Shown here: one piece after another, positions 1-10,278 of the stretch
Numbering within the stretch: the first letter of the stretch is position 1
Layout of the letters: every line of letters starts with the position of its first letter
From: Candidatus Saccharimonadota bacterium
GTDB taxonomy: Bacteria; Patescibacteriota; Gracilibacteria; BD1-5; UBA6164
NCBI GenBank assembly: GCA_965227835.1
Contig: OZ245768.1
Coordinates: 270,001 to 302,000 of the forward strand
DNA length: 32,000 nt
Direction: 5' to 3'
Notes under the pieces: model-generated
Database searches by the model: none
What the model was told of the DNA's origin: nothing
What the model saw: only the letters and a program-made list of their open reading frames with translations
Program-made: the position numbers and the translations under genes

Positions 1-541
1 TTTATTTTATAATCCCAAACCTCTTATGAAATGATTATATGAAAAAATGTGTACTAAGCAAGGAGTAGAATCAGCAAGAATCCTCGCGAGGTCGATACTT
101 GAAGAAAACAAAGGAAACGTAAGTAAAACAGCTTATATATTATGATGTTCTCGTAAAACAGTAAGAAGAAGTAGAGATGGTCCTATAGAAAATATATCAA
201 GAGCTCCTAAGACTCCTCATAATAAAAAAACATCTTCTGATTTAGAATGACTTGTATTACAAGAACGAAATAAAACAAAATATTGAAGAGTACGTCTAGC
301 AAAGTATTTATTCCTCAGATATGGAATAACATTCTCTTCCTCTACTATATGAAATATACTAAAAAGAAACAAAGTAAAAAAGCATCATTATTCTCGTAGA
401 AAATGAGATAGTAAACCTCTATACGATTATCAAAATATTCTTCCCTTTGAGTATGGTCAAGTAGATACAAAGCATATAGAAGATTTTGAAGCTTTATGAG
501 AACTTTGTTTTATACTAAGAAAATATAATCTTCCTTTATAT

Positions 542-757
542 CTCAAAACTACCCACTTTTTATAAAAAGTATACCTATATTTTACTTTAAATAAAGGGAA
601 ATTAAGCTATTTTTAATGTTTTATCTTTAGTATTTTATAAATGACTTATTTAAGCTAACTTTATCTTTATAAAATTCAATCAATATAAAATCTATGTTTT
701 TACTTATATAAAGGTAAAAAATAAAATATAAAATACAAAAAACTGGGTAGATTTGAG
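542..757. mobile_element. 216-bp non-autonomous MITE derived from the IS at 894-2178
   Basis: The termini are ctcaaaactacccacttttt ... aaaaactgggtagatttgag, an inverted repeat that shares its first ~26 bp and last ~20 bp with the 1285-bp IS. It is flanked by the 6-bp direct duplication ttatat (536-541 and 758-763). The uninterrupted copy at 23095-23100 has a single ttatat. There is no ORF inside. Confidence 0.9.
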
Positions 758-893
758 TTATATCAATGGACATATATATGTGCTAAAACAAAATATAAAT
801 TTATAGCTTATTCTCATAGTCTTTCTTCTGAATTTGGTCTTATGTTTATACTTACTATAGCTACATATCTTAGGAGTATGTGAATATATTATC

Positions 894-2178
894 CTCAAAA
901 CTACCCACTTTTTATAAAATCGACATATGAGAATAAGGATAACTGAGGGAAATGTAGGTTGTTTTTATTATTTAAATTTTTAATATGTTTTTTAGGAGGT
1001 TTATACAACTTTGTTAAACAATAAGATATAAATTTAACAATAGAATTAGAATTCATAGTTATTCATCGAGATTTTGTATAATCTCTAAATCTAGATTTAA
1101 ATCTAGAAGAAAGTATAAACCTCTGATTCTCACAAAAAGAATTATTCTTTTTATATATAGTCCTAGTCAAAGCCATAGCCAACTGTATAGTAGAAACAAA
1201 ATTTTTAAATACTATTAAACTCTTAGCTTGAAGTTTCTCAAGCTGAAACTCCTGCTTCATAGTTTTAAATATTGTCTCTATTTCCCGTCTTTGTTTATAT
1301 TCTTCTATATCTGTTTTTCTTGAATTTGATAATATCCTCATTGGTTCAGGAAATTTAGGATTTGATTTAATATGAAGATATATTGATTCATTAACTGAAT
1401 TAATTCTTACCTTATGAACTCAATCTTTAAATTCCTTTAATTTCAAATATTTATTGGTTTTTAAATCAAAATATATCCTATTCTTTTTAGCTCTTATTAT
1501 CCATCTATTTACACTATTATTTAAAAACTCTATATATGATGCTATATCATATCAAGCATCATATACATATATTCACTTTCATTTAGTATAATCTTCTACT
1601 TTTTTAATTAATTTTCAAAAATATTCAGATTTAAATTTATTAGTTAAATCTTCATACTCAAGTATTACAGGAATTCAATTTATACTTACTCAATGATACA
1701 TATATCAAGAAACTATATTTCAAGTACTTCAATCTCTTACTTTAGATAAATTTTCTAGCTTCTTTGAGTATTGTTTTGCTATATCAACTTCATCAAAAAC
1801 TATATAATCATTTTTATTTATTTTTCATAACATAGAAAAACATCTTTTTTCTACTTTTAGGTTAAAATTTTTAAAACTATCTTTTTCAAAGAAATGTTTT
1901 ATTTTTTCACTCATTTTGTTAGGATTTTTATATTTTCAAAATCATAATTTGTTCATTATTGTTGTTCTTAGCTTTATTATATCTCAAAAAAACTCTTTAA
2001 TAAATCTTTTATCATTTTTGCATTCATATTTCATTAAATATCATAGTTCTTTGTTTATTATTTTTTGTATTTCTTGCATAAAAAAAAGTAATAATAATAT
2101 ATTACTTCAATTATTAGATTATCCCCTCTGTCAAGCTTTTTTTAGACTTTTTTATTAAAAAAACTGGGGAGTTTTGAG
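894..2178 (-). mobile_element. Autonomous IS of the IS4/IS5 superfamily (DDE_Tnp_1 type), 1285 bp, nested inside the IS481-like element
   Basis: The terminal inverted repeats are ctcaaaactacccacttttt (894-) and aaaaactggggagttttgag (-2178). The 6-bp target duplication attatc sits at 888-893 and 2179-2184, and the empty site is present once at 23225-23230. It carries one transposase gene. Confidence 0.9.
1063..2079 (-). CDS. DDE transposase, IS4/IS5 superfamily (338 aa under code 25)
   Basis: The frame is open for 339 codons with TGA=Gly. The exact Y(2)R(3)E(6)K signature is present in YKQRREIETIFKTMK. Candidate DDE aspartates lie in FDEVDIAK / VRDGSTG and YVYDAGYD. The track ORF 1063..1341 is its C-terminal fragment. 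The start at 2079 is in frame with the Met at 1914. Confidence 0.85.
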
Positions 2179-2669
2179 ATTATCATATGGAATTTCAATG
2201 AGATAATGGCCCTGCTGATTTTTGTGGATGAAGTAAGAGAAAGGAAAATCAGTGGAATGCTATATTAAATAATATAAATTGCTGTTTTAAGAGTATTCCT
2301 GCTTGAAAAAAATATCTTCAATGAATTGTAGAGAGATCTCATAGAACTGATGATGAAGAATTATATAGACCTTATCTTGATCGCATGAAATCTCTTCCTA
2401 ATTTTTTAAACTATAGTAGTAAATATATTTATACTTATAATAATTATAGACCTTCTTTTTGAATAGGTATGAACGGTTTAAGTCCTATTGAAAAACTTAG
2501 AAGTTGTAATATAATTCTTCCTACAAAATTTAATAATTTCCCTGTCCTTATCCTAGATAATCTTGCTAAAATTGGTGGTACCTATCTAAAGGACCATTAC
2601 CTTTCTTGATTTTTTTAAATAGAATTTAGAAAAATAATAAAAAATTATATTTTAATTGAAATTTATAGC

Positions 2670-3509
2670 TTATCTTTTACTCCTATTAAAAGCATCTTCG
2701 CTAAAAATTAGATCAAAATTTTCCAGTATCTTAGTTCAAGAATTAGGGATAACTATATAAGAATTTTTAACAATTATATCTTTGTTGGTCACGAAAGTAT
2801 CTAGTAACAATTTAGAGTAATTATTCAAAGCATTATATCTTTTTATAAATTCTCAAAGAAAAACTGTATTTGTTCTTAGGCTTATTTCTTTATACTTTAA
2901 TTCATAGTAAGAATCCAAATGACTAAAAACTTCTTGAGCTCTTGATTTAGCAAAATCTATTTCTAGAGTATTTTTTAAACTTGATATCTCTGATCTAACT
3001 CTATCATTTTCAGCTAGAAGTATATCTATTTGTTTCTTTATATTGCTAATACTTTCATTTGTAACTGTATACCTTATTTCAAGCTGTTTTATTATATTTT
3101 CTAAAGTCCTTTCTCTATCTCTTGAATTTTTGATTTCTTCTTTGAAATCTGTTTTTAATATATTGTAATACTCTTTTATAGATGTCATATTATAAACTAT
3201 AGATGATTTTACTCTGTTTGTATTTTTATAAAAATCATCTGGTTTAAATATATCCTTGTTTATTCTTTGCTCACTTATAACAGAATTTTTATTAAATCAC
3301 ATTCATATATTGCTTGTTATAGCTACTCATACATTGGCTATAGGAATAAGAACCACATTTTTATAATTTTCACTATTTTTAGCTTCAACTTTTTTTATTT
3401 TATCTTCAGAAAAACTTTCAACTAAAAATAAAAGTCAAACTGTCAGAATTAAACTTAGTGTTGTTATTTTGGCTATATTTTTTATAATACCTGTCATTTT
3501 TATATCCAT
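2670..3509 (-). CDS. Hypothetical membrane-anchored coiled-coil protein (279 aa)
   Basis: There are 280 codons without TAA/TAG in AT-rich DNA. The N-terminal hydrophobic segment is ITTLSLILTVGLLFLV. The central region is heptad-like and charged (track ORF 2853..3188, in the same frame). Several in-frame TGA codons are present. Confidence 0.65.
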
Positions 3510-3570
3510 TAGTTTTATCTAACTAAACTAAAATAATTAAACTTTTACTAATTTTATCATAAAAAGTCCA

Positions 3571-5586
3571 ATGAGTAAAATTTTTAGGTTCTTATTTTCT
3601 TTTTTATTTTATATTTTCTATATTAATCTTACTTTTGCCCAAGATTTAAATGATATTGAAATAATATCAAGACAAGAATGGTGAGCAAATGAGTCTTTTA
3701 GATACCTAGACTCTCCAGAATGGCAAGAAAAGCTAGAAATATGGAAAAATATGCCCAAAAGAGAATTAACTCCACAAGAAGAATATAGAGCAAATATAGA
3801 AGCTTTGAAGATGCAAAAAGCTAACAATTATATAGTTAATAATCACTCTTCTATATTTTCAATAGATAATATAAAAACTGAAGATAACTGACGCAAACTT
3901 GCTTGGCCTATTTCTTATTCCAAAAAAAAAGCATCTATAATAGTTCATCATACAGATACTCATACAAAACCTTGAGAAGATAGTTATGATGTTATAAGAA
4001 ATATATACAACTATCACTCTTTAGGTAGATGATGGGGTGATATATGATATAATTTTTTGATATGATTAAACTGAGAAATTTTTGAAGGTAGAGCTTGATG
4101 AGATTACTCTGTTTGAGCACATAATAAATGGAATAATCAACATAGTATATGAATATCTGTTATTTGAAATTATCACTGAGAAAAAGCTAGTGAAAAACAA
4201 ATGGAATCTTTGGAAAAATTAATTGTATATTTGGTAGATAAATATGATATAAATTTAAAAAAGAAGATGCCTTTTTTTAAATGGTGTGCTGGAACAAGTA
4301 AAGAATGCCAAGAAAAACCACTTATTATAGATTATAACTATCCTATAATATGACATAGGGATGCATGACATACTAACTGTCCGTGAGATGCACTTTATGC
4401 ACAATTACAAATTCTGAAAAAAGACCTATGAGTTTGATTTTCAGATAAAAATCAGAGTTTTTTAGAAAAAATTGAAGTAAATTTAAAAAAATTCAGCGAA
4501 GATAAACTACTTGACTTATTATCAAAGATTGAGCTTGTTTTGGATAAAGATGATTTGAAAAATAGAGATTTACTATCAGGAGTAAGAGATATTATTTTAA
4601 AAATAGAAAAAGATAGAAATGTATATATAAAAAACTCTAATTATAGTTGAAGTTTTGATTTAGAAAATAAAATAAAGGTTAAATTGAGCTATCCTTTCAG
4701 TGATACTATTTCTTTTAAAATAAACTCTTCTCTTTCTCTTGATTTTATAAAAAATAAAAAAGAATATATTCTTGATTTTAGGAATAGTTCTAAAGATTCC
4801 AAAAACCGTAATTTGTTTAGTTTTAATTTAGTTGGTAGTAAGCTTTTTTCTGAAAATGTGGAAATAGTTGATTTTTCAAAAGTTGATTTTTTTAGGATTA
4901 GAGTTCCTAAAGATGAGGTAATAGAGATAAAATCTTGGAAAAGGAAACCAAGCTGGGATAAATCTGGTACTTTAAATGATAATAAATTTAGGTGAGATAT
5001 AGTACTTTATTTAAAAGATAATAAGCTTGTGGTTGTAAATGATGTTTTTTTAGATGATTATCTAAAATGATTGTGAGAAGTCAGTGATAATACAAATATA
5101 GAGAAAATTAGAACTATTATAATCCTTGCTAGAACTTATGCTAGATGGTACATAACAAAAGCTAGAAAATTTGCATGAGAATGGTATGATGCTTCAGATG
5201 ATCCAAATGTATTTCAAAAATATTTATGATTTGGTTTAGAACAAAGGAGTCCTAATGTAAATAATATAGTTGAAGAAACTAGAGATTTAGTTATTACTTT
5301 TGATTGAAAATTAATAAAACCTTGGTATTTTTCTTCTAGTGAATGAAAAACTACTTCTTTCATAGATTTTTGTAAAACTTCAAAGTGAGTTCCTGACTGT
5401 GCTTATCCTGAAAATTTTCCTTTTTTAGTTTGAGTCATAGACAACGGTTGAATTTGAAAACAAAAAGCATGACATTGAGTTTGAGTTCCTTGAACCTGAA
5501 TACAATATTTAGCAGATAGGCAGTGGAATTTTTATATGATTATAAAATATTTCTTGAGATGAGTTGAGGTGAATCTTAGGAGATAG
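3571..5586 (+). CDS. Secreted peptidoglycan hydrolase: N-acetylmuramoyl-L-alanine amidase (amidase_2/PGRP) domain fused to a SpoIID/LytB-like domain (671 aa)
   Basis: The signal-peptide-like N-terminus is MSKIFRFLFSFLFYIFYINLTFA/QD. Amidase_2 motifs are IIVHHTDT, GWGDIGYNFLIG..GEIFEGRAGG and GHRDAGHTNCPG. SpoIID-like motifs are YLKGLGEV..E..ILARTYA and GHGVGVPGTG. All of these glycines are partly TGA-encoded. The stop is TAG at 5584-5586. Track ORF 4684..4995 is an in-frame fragment. Confidence 0.85.
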
Positions 5587-5604
5587 GAAAGAAATTTTTG
5601 GATT

Positions 5605-6465
5605 TTATTTCGAAAGTACATCGTTTATTTTTTTTATAGTTTGGGAGTATATAAAAAATGATATTTCCATATATTTTTCTTCTCCAAATAATTTTAATAT
5701 TTCTCTTTGTTTATCAAAAACCTCTTTTATGCTGTGTTTACAATAGTAATCAAAGAAATTTTCAAAAATATTTCAGGAATTAAATACCTCTCATAGTCTT
5801 TCCAAAATTTCTTCTGGTAGTTTTTCCATTGATTCTATATTATCTTCTATAAAAGATTCAGCTAGTCTTAAATTCCATTTTTTTATATCTTCTATTGAAA
5901 CTAAAATATGATTTTGTAATAAACTTATCTCTCAGTCTTTCTCCATAAAAAATGGAAACATTGGGGATATTTGGGGAAAGTATATGTTTGGATATATTTT
6001 TACTCACCAGTAATTTTGAGCTATCTGAGAATACCTATGATAAGTACTAAAATTTTCCATTCAGCTTTCTTGTAGTGGTATTATAGAAACAGGTTTTTTA
6101 TCTTCAAAAACACTATCATTTGATGGATTAATAAAATGATTTCAAAGCTGAATTCAATTTTGGAAATGTCCTCAAAATTGAATTCAATATACTCTTTTAA
6201 AAACTCATCACTTTTCTTGTATGTCTTTTACCAATTTACTAAATTTAGACATCTTTTTAAATACTTCTAAACTTATTTGTCAGCAATATCATTTAGGATA
6301 TTTAGAACTTCAAATATATTTTTCATCTACTTCTTTTCTGATTTTCAATAGATATGAAGTTAGATTTGATATATTGGGAACTATCATTTCATCACTTATT
6401 TTTTCTTGATTTTTATCATCAAAAACTATTGCTTGATCTATTTTAGTTGCTTGGTAAGTTAACAT
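5605..6465 (-). CDS. Hypothetical protein (286 aa)
   Basis: There are 287 codons free of TAA/TAG with many in-frame TGA codons. I recognised no family motif. Confidence 0.6.
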
Positions 6466-6628
6466 TTTTTTTAATATATTTATACAAAAAGTTTTTCTAT
6501 TTTAAGTACAAACAAAAAAAGTCAAGCAAAAGTCATTTGAAAAACTCTTCTTTTTTGTTAATTTGGTTTTTATTATGAGGTTATTTTGAATTTCAGATAA
6601 AAATTTTATTTTTAATCATTATGTTATT

Positions 6629-7384
6629 ATGAAGAAATTTGCAGATTATACGATGAAGTTTTTTATTTTTTTGACTATTTTTTTATGAATAATAACTATT
6701 ATAAAACCAGAGTTAGTTAAAGATTTTATAGAATGGTTAAAAATTGTAATAAATGATTTATGATACATCAACTATTTTATAATATTTATTTCTAGCTTAA
6801 TTGAGAGCTTACCTGTAGTTTGAATAGTTATTCCTGGTCAAAATATATTGATGCTTGTGTGAGGTTTTTTTGCTGAAATATCAATGATAAACTTTATTTT
6901 TACTATGATTATAGCTAGTTTTTGAGCTATAATATCTAATTTTTTGTGATATTATCTTTGAATTTTGTATTGAAAGACATTTTTTGAGAAATACTGATTA
7001 CGGTTTTGAATATGAGAAACAGAAGTTAAGTATTTGGAAAAATGAATAAAAAAATGGGGAGCTTGGGGTATAATTATTTGAAAATTTCACAACTTAACTA
7101 GAGCTTTTATACCTTTTATTGCAGGTTCTATGTGAATGAAGGCAAAGATTTTTTGGATTTATAACATAATATGATCTATAATTCGGGCTTCATTTATAGT
7201 TGTTTTAGGTGTATTTTTTGCAGAACACTACGAAACTATAATTGATTATTTTTCCTACATAATAGTTTGAATAATGGTTTTGACTTGATTGTATATTTAT
7301 AAATACAAAAAATCAGAGTTTTTAAATTATATGAATGAAAAAAATATTGAAATAGAAAGAAAGATAGGCTGACCTAAGTCTTAG
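6629..7384 (+). CDS. DedA/SNARE-associated family membrane protein (251 aa)
   Basis: DedA-type motifs are LIESLPVVGIVIPGQNILMLVGGFFA and GKFHNLTRAFIPFIAGSMGM. It has multiple hydrophobic helices. The stop is TAG at 7382-7384. Confidence 0.85.
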
Positions 7385-7386
7385 AT

Positions 7387-8148
7387 TTACTTCTTAAAAA
7401 AATTTGGAATAAAAAGAGGAGTTTTTTCTTTGTAATCTTTGTAATTATTTTTACTTTTGTAAATTTTTTCTTTCATAGGTACTCAAGAGACAAAACCTAT
7501 AAGTAAACTTATTACTACAAATCATAAAATTCAAAAAATAGAATATTGTATAGATATTACACTTATTCCTAACCAGAAAACTATTTCTCAAAGATAGTTA
7601 GGATGTCTAGAATAATACCAAAGTCATTTGGTACAAATCATATTTATTTTTTTGTTTTCTTTTATAAATTTATTTAATTGTTTATCTGCGACTATCTCGT
7701 ATCAAAGTCATATAGCTGATATTATTGCTCATATTATACTAAGCTCTAGTATATATCAGTTTGTATTATAAAAAATAATAAAAATTGGTGTTGATACTAA
7801 TAGTACCAATACCATTTGTAGCATATACACTTGAAAAAAACTTCTTGTATAAAAGTATTTCCACTGTGTCCTCCATTTTGCATATCTTTTGTCTTCTCCA
7901 GCTTTTTTAAATTTTTTGTAAGCTATGTGAGATGAAATTCTAAGTGACCATAATATAATTAAAGCAAATGTTATGAAATGAGCTATATTTTTATTTTCGC
8001 AGTACAAAAAAAGCATTATTGCTACTAATCCAAAAGCCAATCACCATAATACATCTGCGATGGAGTTGTCTTTTAAGTACAAAGATAATATGAAAGTGGC
8101 AATATATACTATAAAAATTATAGTTATTATACTTATAAAAATCTCCAT
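7387..8148 (-). CDS. DUF1295 / steroid-5-alpha-reductase-like membrane protein (253 aa)
   Basis: Motifs are DNSIADVLWG, GEDKRYAKWR and GLWYYSRHPNYLGEIVFWLG. Track ORF 7756..8040 is an in-frame fragment. It is convergent with the DedA gene, with a 2-bp gap between them. Confidence 0.85.
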
Positions 8149-8156
8149 CTTTAGTT

Positions 8157-8570
8157 TTATTTAATAATTTGCATAACATAATAACTTACACCAGCAACTG
8201 CTGTTCAAACAAAGGTTCACCATGCTATATCTACAAGTGTAAATTTAAGTGAATAGTTATTTAAAAATGTTAGATTTGTTAAATCATACATAGCATAACT
8301 CATAGCTCATAAAAGAGCTCAATAGATCAATACTTCTTTGTAACTGTTGAATTGTAATGTTACAAATATTACTATCATACTTGATATTATTGCCCATGCT
8401 GTTAGTCAAACTCAAAGCTGTATTTTGATTTTACCGTTTTCAACTACTACCATATCTCAAAATTCTTTGATTATAAAATTTTTAGTTACATGTCAAAGCC
8501 ATATATAGTCAAGTAAAACAAGCACTAAAAATGCAGATAAAAAAACAACTATGTATTTATATATTTCCAT
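8157..8570 (-). CDS. DUF2177-like small membrane protein (137 aa)
   Basis: It spans 138 codons. Motifs are LLDYIWLG and YAMYDLTN, typical of DUF2177. It has four hydrophobic segments and is probably co-transcribed with the DUF1295 gene. Confidence 0.7.
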
Positions 8571-8654
8571 ATTTAAATTGGTTAAAAAATAAGTTTTTAT
8601 AATTTTTTTTCTGAACTAGTAAACAGTACTTTTTAAATAAATTTTCATTTCACT

Positions 8655-8825
8655 ACCCCAGTCTTCTCTCCATATAGCCCTCATCCCCAGCTCCTCTCCT
8701 TTGGAGGAGAGGGGAGTATAGCAGACTTCATCCTAACACTTTCCATTTCAACCTCACCCCAGCCCCTCTCAATCATAACCTCACCCCAGCCCTCTCCTTA
8801 GAGGAGAGGGAGTAGAACATGGTGT
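8655..8825. repeat. Cluster of GC-rich palindromic repeat units (family shared with 27755-27845)
   Basis: The units resemble cctcaccccagccctctccttagaggagagggagtagaacatggtg. One hairpin is ccctctcc/ggagaggg at 8790-8810. A second is ctcctctcc..ggaggagagg at 8691-8712, and a partial unit lies at 8751-8777. They stand out against the AT-rich background. Confidence 0.8.
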
Positions 8826-8860
8826 TAGAATAAGGTTCTTATTTAAGTTTTAATATTCTT

Positions 8861-9337
8861 TTATATTTTTTCATAATTAACCACTTTTCTTGCCCAAACT
8901 CAGTGTATAGTGCATCTAACTCTTACTTCGTATTCATCTAAATCTGATATGTCAAAATCTGTTTCGGGGGGCATATCTTCTTCTAAAAATACTTCATCTA
9001 CTATATCTCAATATTCATCATAAAGTCATATTGATGTTATTCTATGTTCTAGTCAGCAAGGATGTATTTCTTCTTTTCATATACTAATTTTTATATTATC
9101 TTTATCAATACTTTTTATATCTATAAAATGACTTTGTTCTAGTTTATCTATTGTACTTTTTTGTATATAGTTTATTTCTTCTTTTATTTCATGAAATATA
9201 TCAGGTAGTTCGGAGCATACAGGGCAGGTATAATAATCTCACAGGTCATAAAATTTCGTTCCTGCGGGTATATTACTATCTAAATCTCCTAGGTCTTCAT
9301 CGTATATATAACTACAATTTGTACATATATATCTCAT
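8861..9337 (-). CDS. Rubredoxin-domain / superoxide reductase (neelaredoxin-like) fusion protein (158 aa)
   Basis: The N-terminus YICTNCSYIYDE...GTKFYDLGDYYTCPVCS is a rubredoxin CxxC...CPxC pattern. The C-terminus carries EQSHFIDI, EEIHPCGLEHRITSIGL and RCTIHGVW, which matches the His4-Cys SOR centre pattern (E-x-H, HPxxxxH, C-x2-H-G-x-W). Confidence 0.75.
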
Positions 9338-9427
9338 ATTTTATTGCTATATTTAATTTGATATTTTATGTTTTGTAATATAATTTGATACTACTTAAAT
9401 ATTTTTAAAATACAAAACTTAAATTAT

Positions 9428-9501
9428 GGTGCCTTGGTAGAGTGGTTATACAGAGGTCTGCAACACCTTTTACAGCGGTTCGAACCCGCTAGGCACCTCC
9501 A
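9428..9501 (+). tRNA. tRNA-Cys: tRNA-Cys (anticodon GCA), CCA encoded
   Basis: Manual cloverleaf: acceptor ggtgcct/aggcacc; anticodon arm gaggt-CTGCAAC-acctt with U33 and A37; T arm agcgg-ttcgaac-ccgct. The discriminator is U73 and the D stem is 3 bp with a 13:22 mismatch, both typical of tRNA-Cys. The 3' end is CCA. Confidence 0.9.
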
Positions 9502-9513
9502 AATTAGAGAGTT

Positions 9514-9557
9514 AAAAACCATAAAATCGGCTCATATGAGCCGATTTTATGGTTTTT
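9514..9557 (+). terminator. Intrinsic terminator-like perfect hairpin after tRNA-Cys
   Basis: aaaaaccataaaatcggctcat/atgagccgattttatggttttt is a perfect 22-bp inverted repeat followed by a T-rich tract. Confidence 0.7.
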
Positions 9558-9648
9558 AATTTTTAAACTAATTTTTTTAATATATTTTTGCAATTATTTT
9601 ATTTATATGTTATAGTTTAAATAATTAATATTTAAATAATTTATAAAT

Positions 9649-10167
9649 ATGGTGTCATTTAATACAAGTGATACAAGATGAATTTTTCCAGAGGGATTAA
9701 ATAATTGAGCTAATACTATACTGGGAAATGTTTCTGAATACTATAAAAATCAATTCTCATCAGTTTTAAAAGATAAAAAGCATAATAAAAATGTTGGTTT
9801 TGTTGATGATATTTTTAATTCTGTTATTAATGGAAAAGAACTTAGTGAAAAAGAAAAAAGAAAAATGGTTTTATTTCTAAAAACATCTACTTTTTGGGAT
9901 GAATTATATAATTACCTTGATTCAGAGTGAACCGTTAAAAGTGTAGTTATTGATATTACTAGATTTTTTATAATTTTACCTCTTTTATGACTTTCTCATG
10001 GAGCAGGGCTAGGAGTTGATGGTATTCCTGTGCTTGATAGAATAGCATTGTGAAGTTGATTTTGAGCTTGATTTAAAAATATTAAAGATGTTATTATAGA
10101 TAAAGATAAAAAAGAGATAAAATCAGATTTTAAGCAAAAAGTTATTGATAGAATTCAATCTTTATAA
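9649..10167 (+). CDS. Hypothetical protein with a Gly-rich hydrophobic C-terminal segment (172 aa)
   Basis: It spans 173 codons and ends at TAA 10165-10167. The hydrophobic stretch is FFIILPLLGLSHGAGLGVDGIPV...LGSGFGAGF, with many TGA-encoded Gly. I recognised no family. Confidence 0.6.
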
Positions 10168-10198
10168 AAAAATTCTTGGTTTAACCAAGAATTTTTTT
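10166..10198 (+). terminator. Hairpin plus T-run after the 172-aa gene
   Basis: aaaaaattcttggtt/aaccaagaattttttt lies immediately after the stop codon. Confidence 0.6.
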
Positions 10199-10278
10199 AA
10201 AACATAAAATTTGATAAAAAACAAAATAGTGTTAATTTGATACTACTAAATCCATAAAAACACACCCAAAAATAATCT

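Larger units (their letters stand above)
1..2609 (+). mobile_element. IS481-like (rve/DDE integrase-type) insertion sequence, copy 1. Its left end runs off the window and it is interrupted by two nested insertions.
   Basis: Segments 1-541, 764-893 and 2185-2609 are collinear with 22560-23100, 23101-23230 and 23231-23655. The only mismatch I found is 2412 t vs 23458 c. Identity ends after ...cctttcttga (2609 / 23655). Confidence 0.85.
26..2618 (+). pseudogene. IS481-like transposase gene, split into three pieces by the MITE (542-757) and the nested IS (894-2178)
   Basis: It has the same reading frame and sequence as the intact copy at 22585..23676. The ATG is at 26. The coding sequence is broken at 541/764 and at 893/2185. 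The terminal TAA is at 2616-2618. Confidence 0.85.
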
